Positions 19,965 to 28,047 of a DNA stretch of 64,000 nucleotides are shown in pieces. Each line of letters opens with the position of its first letter. Position 1 is the first letter of the stretch. A program made the translations under genes and the position numbers. The DNA lies in contig CAZYAN010000012.1 in the NCBI GenBank assembly GCA_964645585.1, forward strand, positions 5,968-69,967, read 5' to 3'. The notes beneath the pieces are model-generated. The model saw only the letters and a list, made by a program, of their open reading frames with translations, ran no database searches and was not told the origin of the DNA. This stretch comes from an uncultured Opitutales bacterium. Lineage in GTDB: Bacteria; Verrucomicrobiota; Verrucomicrobiia; Opitutales; T3Sed10-336.

Positions 19965-22900
19965 ATGCGATTCCTCCGATTCGGCTCATACTTCTTTGCG
20001 ATCGGTCTGGCGGCCGCGGCCGTTGCCGAGGAGCCGGAGATTTATTTCTCCGATAATTTCGATACCGATACATCCGGCAATTGGACGATTCTTTCCGCAA
20101 AGCCTGCCGGCGATGACTGGAGCGCCGTATTCAGCTATGATTACAGTGCCGATGGAATTCCGCCCGCGCCCAACGCATCCGGCGGCACGACCAGCGGCGT
20201 CAAGCTGAGCCTCAATCACCAGTCCGGCGACACCTACGGCGTGCATCTTGTGCCGGCTGGGCAGCATTTCTCCGGCGATTATGTCCTGAAGCTCGATCTC
20301 TGGATCAACTACCCGGGCCCGCTCAGCACCGGCGGCCCCGGATCGACCGAGTTCGCCGGTTTCGGTATCGGGGTTAACGGGACGAATCTCAGCCTGTTCG
20401 GGAATCCCGGCGCCGATGGAGCCTGGTTCGCCGTCGATGGCGACGGCGGAAACGGCCAGGATTACCGGGCGTACAAGGGACACGAATACGAACATCCCTC
20501 GAGCGGACAGTATGCCGCCGGCACGACCTCCAGCGCGCGCGGCGCGAGTCACAGTTATTATGAAAACGCCTTTCCCGGAGGCCAGACCGCGCCGCCGCTC
20601 CAGCAATCGCTTTATCCTTCGCAGACTGGAAGCACCCGTGCCGGAAGGATCGGTTTTGCGTGGCGCGAAGTGGAAATCCAAGTCCGCGGAGGAACGGTCC
20701 GCTGGCTGATCGACGGAGTTTTGATCGCACAGCTCGCCCAAGATCGCGGCTCCGGAAGTTTCCAGACGGCCGGAAATATTGCCCTGAGTTACGTGGATCA
20801 TAATCCGTCGATTTCCGACCCGGACGTCGGCTATGTGCTGTTCGACAACGTGCGGGTGGAGGAGTTGCTGCCGGAACCGGTGCCGGGGAACATTCCGCTC
20901 GTTGGCCATATCAACGCGTTTGGTCAGCAATACGGCGGGGTCGGCGGCGACGGCGATATCGCGGTGACCGGGACTTTTCTGAACAACAACACGAACGGTG
21001 TTGGCATTTACGATATTTCCGATCCCGCGAACCCCGTCCTGGCGGCCGATTATAATCCGCTCGGCGGAGAAACGCGATTCGAGGATGTCTGGGTTCGCGA
21101 CGGAATCGGCTACTTCGGATGCTGGCGCGTGAGCGGCGGGGGCGGTCAGAACGGTGTCCATATTGTCGATCTTTCCGACCCGTACAACCCTGTTTGGCGC
21201 GCGAGTATCGATCCCTCAATCAACGGCCACCCGCAGGTGCATACGCTCTTTCTGGACGGTGATTATTTATACACGGCTGCACATCGCCCATCGGTGATTG
21301 GCCGGACGGTGAAGGTGTTTAATATCAGCGATCCGTACCATCCGGTCTTCGTGCGCGACATTCCGACGACTGAGACCGACAAGGTGCACCAGATTACCGT
21401 GAAGAACGGCCGGCTGTTTACCTCCGGTTGGAGCGGACGAACCGATATTTTTGATGTGAGCGATGTGGAGAATGCGGCGGTTTATCTCGGCACGGCGGAG
21501 TCGGGTCCGAACTCGCACAGCAGCTGGCCGACGGAGGACGGCAACGTCCTCATCGTCTGCCGCGAGATCGCCGGGGGCGACGTCCGTTTCTTCGACATCA
21601 GCGATCCGTCGAATCCGCGGCTGATGCTGATTCTCGATGACACAAACGTCGGGATCGGCGATTTTATTCCCCACAACCCGGTCGTGGTCGGGGATCTGCT
21701 GTTTATTTCCTGGTATGAAAATGGGCTGCAGGTGTTCGATATCAGCGATCCGATGCGGCCGGTGCGTGTTGGTTATTATGCAACCGGCGGCTCCGGACTG
21801 ACCTGGGACGGCAATTGGGGCGTGTATCCATTAAATGGACTCGACCGGGTATTGCTGAGCGATATGTCGGAGGGACTATTCATCGTCGACGCGTCTAACG
21901 TGCTGGAAGATACGGACAACTATCCGCCGCTGCTTGTCGAAATGCCTGTAGATCAGGAGCTCGCTGAAGGTTCGAATGCTGTTTTCTCGGTCACCGTGAC
22001 TGGTTCGGAGCCCATGACCTATCAGTGGCGCCGCAACGGGTCGCCGATGCCCGGTGCGACAAGCGCTGTTCTGGAAATAACCGATATTGGTCTGTCCGAT
22101 GGCGGCAATTATTCTGTGACCGTGAGCAATGCGGCCGGGCAAATCACGTCGACCGCCGGATCCTTGACCGTGATTCCCGCGGGCGAGGCGACGCCGCCGC
22201 AAATTCACTCGGAGCCGCAAAGCCAGGTGGCCACACCAGGTCAGATCGTGCAGTTCTCGGTCACGGCGAGCGGCACGCCGCAATTGCGCTACCAATGGTA
22301 TTACAACGGGGAAGTGATCGAAGGCGCGGAGGCGAGTTCGCTGTCGGTCGGACCGGTGCTGCTGACGCATGAGGGAAATTATTCGGTGCGAATTTCCAAC
22401 AGTGCCGGCGAAGTGCTCAGCGCGGAGGCGGAACTGACAATCGACGACTCTCTCTTCTTTTACGACATCCGCGTGGCGGCCGGTGCCTACAGTGCCGTGG
22501 TCAGCTGGAAAAGCCGCGTGCCGGCGACCGGTGTCATTGAGCACGGGGCGCCCCACCATTTTGAGACCGAGACGGCCATTGTGCCGATGCATGCCGAATT
22601 TGACTTTACGGCGCCGGCGACCTCGCGCGTCACGGCGGTTCATTCGACGATGATCGGCGGGCTGCCGCCGGCGTCTGTCTGGAGTTTTCGGATTGTCGGC
22701 TATACCGATAACGGCAATACCCGGCACGAGTCGCCGGAGTTTCTCTTCTGGACGGAACCGAGTGCAAAAGGTGACGAGGCCGAGCTGCCGGACTGGTGGC
22801 TGGAGCATTTTTTTGAGGACGCTGGTGAAATCGATCCGGAGGTCGATCACGATGGCGACGGCTGGAGCGTTTGGGCGGAATTTCTAAGCGGAACCTCGCC

Positions 22901-23153
22901 GATCGACCCCGCGTCAGGTCCGCAATTTTCGGTGGAAGCAGGGGTGCAGGAAGGTGAATTTCTGCTGCGGTTCTGGCCGATCTACGCGCGGCGGAGTTAC
23001 TTCCTTGAAAGCAGCAGTCAACTCGGGTCTGGCTGGTCGCCGCAAACGGCAACGGAAACGACCACCGACGAGGGCATTCGCGAGTTTCGCGTGAATTTAC
23101 CAGCCGGTGAGCAGCGATTTTTCCGTCTGTTGATCGAACCGCTAGTCGAGTGA
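19965..23153 (+). CDS. Large secreted multidomain protein: LamG/jelly-roll-like + LVIVD-repeat beta-propeller + 2 Ig I-set-like + FN3-like + C-terminal 'RFFRL' domain
   Basis: Signal 'MRFLRFGSYFFAIGLAAAAVA'. Repeated 'xxDISDPxNPV' units (GVHIVDLSDPYNPV, VKVFNISDPYHPV, VRFFDISDPSNPRL, LQVFDISDPMRPV). 'YQWRRNGSPMPGAT...GNYSVTVSNAAG' and 'YQWYYNGEVIEGAE...GNYSVRISNSAG'. C-terminal 'DHDGDGWSVWAEF...QRFFRLLIE'. Confidence 0.85.
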   Translation: MRFLRFGSYFFAIGLAAAAVAEEPEIYFSDNFDTDTSGNWTILSAKPAGDDWSAVFSYDYSADGIPPAPNASGGTTSGVKLSLNHQSGDTYGVHLVPAGQHFSGDYVLKLDLWINYPGPLSTGGPGSTEFAGFGIGVNGTNLSLFGNPGADGAWFAVDGDGGNGQDYRAYKGHEYEHPSSGQYAAGTTSSARGASHSYYENAFPGGQTAPPLQQSLYPSQTGSTRAGRIGFAWREVEIQVRGGTVRWLIDGVLIAQLAQDRGSGSFQTAGNIALSYVDHNPSISDPDVGYVLFDNVRVEELLPEPVPGNIPLVGHINAFGQQYGGVGGDGDIAVTGTFLNNNTNGVGIYDISDPANPVLAADYNPLGGETRFEDVWVRDGIGYFGCWRVSGGGGQNGVHIVDLSDPYNPVWRASIDPSINGHPQVHTLFLDGDYLYTAAHRPSVIGRTVKVFNISDPYHPVFVRDIPTTETDKVHQITVKNGRLFTSGWSGRTDIFDVSDVENAAVYLGTAESGPNSHSSWPTEDGNVLIVCREIAGGDVRFFDISDPSNPRLMLILDDTNVGIGDFIPHNPVVVGDLLFISWYENGLQVFDISDPMRPVRVGYYATGGSGLTWDGNWGVYPLNGLDRVLLSDMSEGLFIVDASNVLEDTDNYPPLLVEMPVDQELAEGSNAVFSVTVTGSEPMTYQWRRNGSPMPGATSAVLEITDIGLSDGGNYSVTVSNAAGQITSTAGSLTVIPAGEATPPQIHSEPQSQVATPGQIVQFSVTASGTPQLRYQWYYNGEVIEGAEASSLSVGPVLLTHEGNYSVRISNSAGEVLSAEAELTIDDSLFFYDIRVAAGAYSAVVSWKSRVPATGVIEHGAPHHFETETAIVPMHAEFDFTAPATSRVTAVHSTMIGGLPPASVWSFRIVGYTDNGNTRHESPEFLFWTEPSAKGDEAELPDWWLEHFFEDAGEIDPEVDHDGDGWSVWAEFLSGTSPIDPASGPQFSVEAGVQEGEFLLRFWPIYARRSYFLESSSQLGSGWSPQTATETTTDEGIREFRVNLPAGEQRFFRLLIEPLVE

Positions 23154-23332
23154 TTCTTCGCACGACGAACGAATCAGGGGCTTAGGCACTGAGGGCTGAG
23201 CTATTACGAGCGGACGCAAACGGATCCCTGTTCCCGTTCTAATTGGAGTCGCTTTACGGCGAAGGATTGACCGGCTGATGGGCATCGGCTAGAACGGCGA
23301 TTTTCTATGGCAGGCCAGAGAGCAGGAGACGC

Positions 23333-24925
23333 ATGAAATCCTTCGTCATCGACATTCCCGTGCCTTCAATGGGGGCCACCGTCAATGAACTCACGCTGAT
23401 CGACATTTTTGTTGAACCGGGTGCCAAAATGACTAAGGGGGAGCGAGTTGCCGAGTTCGAGAGCGATAAATCCGTTTTCGATTTCGAAGCTCCGTGCGAC
23501 GGAGAGGTTCAGGCTGTTTTTTGCCGCGCCGGAGATGTTGTCGCTGCCGACGGGCCGTTTCTGCGGGTCGGAACGGCCGACGAGAGTTTGCGGCACCTCG
23601 AGGTTAAAGAAGAGACATCCGCGGAGACCGTTGTGGCGCAGGGAAAATCATCCGATGAAAAGGTCCTGATGAAAACTGCAGCGGCCCCGTCCGATCGCTC
23701 CGGAAGCCGCCCTTCCATTGCCAGCCGCCCGCGGCCGCCATCTCCTTCAGGCGGCGGGCGGCCTTCCCTCTGGACTCCGCGCGCGACGAAGATCGCCCGG
23801 GAAAACGGCATCGACCCGGGAACTGTCGAGATAACGGGAACCGGTCCCGGTGGTCGCGTATCGGGAGAGGATGTTTTGCGGTTTCTTGAGTCTCGCGCGT
23901 CGGCTTCGGTTGAGGCGCAGCCAGAATCTGGAGGGGCTGGCCAGACAGAGACGGTTTGCGTGGCTGGAATCGGTTACGCCATCCCGAAGAATATCAGGTC
24001 CAACAAAGAGATTCTCAAAGCGTTTCCCGACATGACTGAGGAGGAGATCCTCCGCATCACCGGGATCGAGCAGCGGTATTACGCTGGTGAAGACGAATCG
24101 GCGACGAGTCTCGCGAAAGTCGCGGTTACGCACGCGCTGGCGCAGGCCGGCATGGATGTTCGCGAAATCGACGGGATTATCATGGCGACCATTTTGCCGG
24201 ATCAGCCGGTTCCCAGCGCGGCGAGCGCGCTCGCTCGTGAGCTCGGCGTCCCGGCCGCGCTGGCCTTCGACCTCAATGCGGCCTGCTCTGGCTGGCTTTA
24301 CGCGCTCGAACTTGGGCGTGCGCTGATCCGAGGAGGAAGCGCGCAAAAGGTGCTTGTCGTCACGGCTGAGCTGCTGTCGCGCATCACAAATCCCAAAGAC
24401 CATGCGACGGCATTTCTTTTTGGCGACGGTGCCGGGGCTGCCATCTTGACGAGCGACGGCGGCGGGCACCGGTTACACCGGATGGCGCTGAGCGGTGATG
24501 CGGAGTATTTTGACGCGATCCAGCGTCCCGGAGGCGGGGCGCGGATGCTGCTGCCAAACCCGAAGAATATCGAGCAGTTTTACCTGTTCATGAACGGGCC
24601 GGTCGTTTTTAAACGAGCCGTAATCGCGTTTGCAGATATCATTGAGCAAACGCTGATCCGTCAAAAGATGTCGCCCGACGATGTTTCCTGGATCGTGCCG
24701 CACCAAGCGAACGAGCGCATCCTCCGAGCGGTGAGCAAGCGGATCGGGATACCGTTTGAAAAGTTTGTTGTGACGATCGGCAAATACGGGAATACATCGG
24801 CCGCTTCGGTCTCAATGGCACTCGGCTGGGCCTCCGAAGAGGAAATTTTTGAGCCGGGCGACCGAATCATCTTCTGTTCGGTCGGCGCTGGCTTCACCTT
24901 TGCGGGCGGTTTGCTCGTTTGGTAG
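23333..24925 (+). CDS. Fusion protein: lipoyl(biotinyl) domain + peripheral-subunit (E3)-binding domain + KAS III (FabH-type 3-oxoacyl-ACP synthase III)
   Basis: aa 1-83 form a lipoyl domain with 'EFESDKSVFDFEAP' (Lys46, nt 23468-23470). aa ~146-187 'WTPRATKIARENGIDPGTVEITGTGPGGRVSGEDVLRFL' is PSBD. aa ~207-530 are KAS III with Cys318 'NAACSGW' (nt 24284-24286), His457 'PHQAN' and Asn487 'GNTSAAS'. Single uninterrupted ORF. Confidence 0.9.
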   Translation: MKSFVIDIPVPSMGATVNELTLIDIFVEPGAKMTKGERVAEFESDKSVFDFEAPCDGEVQAVFCRAGDVVAADGPFLRVGTADESLRHLEVKEETSAETVVAQGKSSDEKVLMKTAAAPSDRSGSRPSIASRPRPPSPSGGGRPSLWTPRATKIARENGIDPGTVEITGTGPGGRVSGEDVLRFLESRASASVEAQPESGGAGQTETVCVAGIGYAIPKNIRSNKEILKAFPDMTEEEILRITGIEQRYYAGEDESATSLAKVAVTHALAQAGMDVREIDGIIMATILPDQPVPSAASALARELGVPAALAFDLNAACSGWLYALELGRALIRGGSAQKVLVVTAELLSRITNPKDHATAFLFGDGAGAAILTSDGGGHRLHRMALSGDAEYFDAIQRPGGGARMLLPNPKNIEQFYLFMNGPVVFKRAVIAFADIIEQTLIRQKMSPDDVSWIVPHQANERILRAVSKRIGIPFEKFVVTIGKYGNTSAASVSMALGWASEEEIFEPGDRIIFCSVGAGFTFAGGLLVW

Positions 24926-24974
24926 CGACGAGAAGCTGCCGCTGCTTCTAAGAAAAGACGAAGAGCCAGTGGCG

Positions 24975-25268
24975 CTATCCGTTCCGCAGGGCGTTGACCA
25001 ATTGCTCCTTGTTCATGTGGCTTCGGCCCTGAATGCCTTTTTCTTTCGCTCGATTGTAAAGCTCGTCACGGGTTCGCTCTTCGAGTGATCGGTTGGGATT
25101 GCCGGTGCCCTGGGATGTTTTTTGGGGAGTCCGGCCTTCGGTGCGCCGGCGCTTGTTTACCGTGCGTGCCGCGATTTCTTTAGCTCGTTTTTCCCGCACC
25201 CCGCGATCCTTGCTGCTCTCCTTGATGTGCTCGTACTGCCGTTCATCTTTGCGTGTCCATTTTGGCAT
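24975..25268 (-). CDS. Small basic protein with C-terminal Rho_N/SAP-like motif
   Basis: ATG at 25268: 'MPKWTRKDERQYEHIKES...'. The C-terminal 'ELYNRAKEKGIQGRSHMNKEQLVNAL' resembles the Rho-N helix-extended-helix motif. Confidence 0.7.
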   Translation of the reverse strand: MPKWTRKDERQYEHIKESSKDRGVREKRAKEIAARTVNKRRRTEGRTPQKTSQGTGNPNRSLEERTRDELYNRAKEKGIQGRSHMNKEQLVNALRNG

Positions 25269-25354
25269 CACGTGATCTTCCTTCCTTATGCACAAGATAG
25301 GAACGGAGCCTTCCGGCGCAAACCGGGCGCGCATTCAGAGTGCGGATCTCTCCG

Positions 25355-26791
25355 CTATCGGAACTCGTGAAACTCGCGAGGCGCATCCGCGTTATTGGAT
25401 GTGCCCGCGGATCCGTCATCCAGCTCCAGCGGGTAGTGGAGGTGGAAAACTGTCCCGGTTTCGTCGGAACGAACGAGCGCGAGATCGGCCTCAAGGTTCT
25501 TTGCTAGACGCTGGCTGATCGCGAGCCCGAGCCCGCTGCCGCCGCTGCGGCCGCTTCTTCCGGCGGTGAAGAGATGAGGCCGGATCTCTTCCGGGATTCC
25601 CGGGCCCTCGTCGCCGATTTCAAAAGCGATCTCCGTCGGGCGGCGCATGATGTGGACCCAGATCCGTTTTCCAGCGGGCGTCAGAGCAACGGCGTTGTCG
25701 ATCAGATTGACGAGGATCAGGAGGAGGATGTTTGCCGCGTGTCCCGGAAGGAGGGCTTCGCCGCTCCGTTTCTGTTCAAGATGGAGGCCGGCGGCTGTCG
25801 CTTTTGGACGGAGCTTTTCGGCAAGCACGGCTTCGAGTTCCTCGAGGGTGAGTTGAAACGAAGTGGTCGCGTCCTGTTCTCGGAGAACCTCGACGACGTC
25901 ATCAACGAGGGTCCGGATTTTGTTGGTCGCATCAGCGAGCTGCTTCCAGCTTTCCGGAGACGGTCCGCGAGTCAGCTCGGCATCGCGCGTTTGCAGAAAT
26001 AGATCCAAGCTTGTAAGCGGATTGCGGATACCATGAATCAGATGGGACGTCACAGCGCCGACCGCTGATGTGCGCGCGGTGAGGGAAAGGTCCTGATTGG
26101 CCTTGATCAGGCGCCGGGTTTGCGCCATCAGGGCGCGGTGGGAGCGGGTGAGACGGATGAAGGCAAGGGCGGCCACTGTGATGATTGCGGTGACACCGAT
26201 TCCGAACGCTGTTCCGGCCTGGATAAGGAGGGTGCGGTCGAGTTGGGCAAATTCGTCATGCACCTGGCTGCCATCGATGATGTATTGGATCATGGCGATG
26301 ATCTGGCCGGTCGTCTGGTCGTGAAGAGGAATGACAATTTCTTCTAACGGAACCTGTTCGGTGACCTGCTCGCTCGGCGGTTCCTCAAAGAATGTTTGCA
26401 GGTCGGAGTGCGGGTCGAATTCGGCAATCGGCTCCCCGCGTATAAGCTGGGCCCGCTCCTGTGCCGACAGGACATCTTCCGGAACGTTGTAGGGGAACGA
26501 GAGGAGAAAGTCGCCGTGGAGATCGAAGAGGCGCACCGCGAGCACGCCGCGGAGTTTAGATGTTTGCAGGGCAATGCTTAGTTCGTCGAGCGGGGCCGCT
26601 TCATCGGTGATTTGCAGCATCCTCGCCACGGCCGCGAGAACGTGCGCGTCGCGGTCGAGAATCTGTTGGCGGATTTCACGGCGACTTTGCAGCGCAAGCA
26701 CGAGGACGACCGCGGCAAATACCGCGGAAACGCTCCCAATCGCAAAGGACCAGGTTTTCCAAGAGGGCGCTTTTTCGACGGCTCCGCTCAT
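25355..26791 (-). CDS. Sensor histidine kinase (2 TM + ~190-aa periplasmic domain, HisKA + HATPase_c)
   Basis: ATG at 26791 lies 28 nt after the upstream stop. H-box 'SHLIHGIRNPL', N-box 'LIDNAV', G1 'GDEGPGIP' and G2 'GSGLGLAI'. Confidence 0.85.
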   Translation of the reverse strand: MSGAVEKAPSWKTWSFAIGSVSAVFAAVVLVLALQSRREIRQQILDRDAHVLAAVARMLQITDEAAPLDELSIALQTSKLRGVLAVRLFDLHGDFLLSFPYNVPEDVLSAQERAQLIRGEPIAEFDPHSDLQTFFEEPPSEQVTEQVPLEEIVIPLHDQTTGQIIAMIQYIIDGSQVHDEFAQLDRTLLIQAGTAFGIGVTAIITVAALAFIRLTRSHRALMAQTRRLIKANQDLSLTARTSAVGAVTSHLIHGIRNPLTSLDLFLQTRDAELTRGPSPESWKQLADATNKIRTLVDDVVEVLREQDATTSFQLTLEELEAVLAEKLRPKATAAGLHLEQKRSGEALLPGHAANILLLILVNLIDNAVALTPAGKRIWVHIMRRPTEIAFEIGDEGPGIPEEIRPHLFTAGRSGRSGGSGLGLAISQRLAKNLEADLALVRSDETGTVFHLHYPLELDDGSAGTSNNADAPREFHEFR

Positions 26792-26819
26792 CGTTGCCCC
26801 TATTTCGATCACATTTTTT

Positions 26820-28028
26820 TCACAATTGCCATCCCAGACCGACGGTCCAAGTGTCGACGGAGTATTCCTCGGGAGCATCCCGGGATTCGACAAAATCCCG
26901 CGAATACGTGAGAAACACCTCGATCTGTTCGCCCAGTGCGCGCCGCACCTCAAACGTCAGTCCCGCATTCTCGCGCCGTCGGCGCGAACCTTCCTGTTCA
27001 ACTCGCTGAACGCCATACCGGTATTGTGAGAAACGCGCGGTTGCTTCGACCAACCAAAGCTTGTTATCCCAAGCAATTCCTTGGCGAAGTGAGAACCGAT
27101 CGTAGGAATAGTAATTGGAAATCGCATCGCGAACCAGATCGATTCCGGCGACGGTCGAACTGCTCCAGTGCCCGGATTCCCCCCAAACCTGCCGAATCCC
27201 GAACTCCCAGGCATACTGGTGCTGCCTCGCCTTCTTGTTATTGATCACGCTGGCGTCGTCGCGGAACGCACGGCGATCGTCATCGCTTCTGTATGTGTAG
27301 TCAAATCCGGCGGTGAACTTGGTTTGCCCAGGTTCCCAGCTGATTTTGACCCCGGCGCCGGTCTCCCAGAAGGCACTGACATTTTTGTCCCGGGGCAGAT
27401 GGCGACTGACAATCGGGCCTGTTTCGAGGGACAAGTTGTCGCGCCGCAGCAGGCGAAGAACCGGCCGGAAACCGGCACCGATGGCGCGCAAACGCAGGCG
27501 CTCGCGTTCTCCGTCCGTCATTTCAACTTCGAGGACTTGGTCGAGGTAATAGACCTGAAGCGGAACCGAGATCGCGTAGAGGGCCGAAGGCGATCGGTCG
27601 TAACGGACCACCAGTGCCACAAATGTGTCATTGGGCAGGCCGGATTCGAACTCGAGATGTTGCGAACTCACCAGCAGCGAGAGTGAATCCAAGCTTCCGA
27701 GCCGGATCAGGGAAGCATCGAATCCGCCCAGGAGGAACGCGCCGCCTTCTTCACCGGAGGGTGCGAGAAAAACATTGTCACGATAACCGGCGCCGGCGGA
27801 GAGGCTTACCGATTTGTCCCAGATTATTTCAAAGGCTGGCTGCAAGAGCGCATCCAGGTCGAGCGTTCCGAGGTCATCACCGCGCAGCCAGCCTTCAAGA
27901 AAGTCATCGCCGGCTGAGGGTGCGGCATCGTTCGGTTGTGGTTCGGCGGCGAGAGATTGGGAAGCGCGGCAGATCGGCGGAGAGGTGAGCAGGACGAACC
28001 AGAGGAGGTTGAGCGCGAGCCGTTTCAT
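26820..28028 (-). CDS. Putative outer-membrane beta-barrel protein
   Basis: ATG at 28028 gives signal 'MKRLALNLLWFVLLTSPPICRA'. Alternating amphipathic strands run throughout. There is an early 'LSAGAGYRDNV' strand and a C-terminal 'VDTWTVGLGWQL'. No enzymatic motif. Confidence 0.65.
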   Translation of the reverse strand: MKRLALNLLWFVLLTSPPICRASQSLAAEPQPNDAAPSAGDDFLEGWLRGDDLGTLDLDALLQPAFEIIWDKSVSLSAGAGYRDNVFLAPSGEEGGAFLLGGFDASLIRLGSLDSLSLLVSSQHLEFESGLPNDTFVALVVRYDRSPSALYAISVPLQVYYLDQVLEVEMTDGERERLRLRAIGAGFRPVLRLLRRDNLSLETGPIVSRHLPRDKNVSAFWETGAGVKISWEPGQTKFTAGFDYTYRSDDDRRAFRDDASVINNKKARQHQYAWEFGIRQVWGESGHWSSSTVAGIDLVRDAISNYYSYDRFSLRQGIAWDNKLWLVEATARFSQYRYGVQRVEQEGSRRRRENAGLTFEVRRALGEQIEVFLTYSRDFVESRDAPEEYSVDTWTVGLGWQL

Positions 28029-28047
28029 ACAGCCTGGCTGGATGCAG

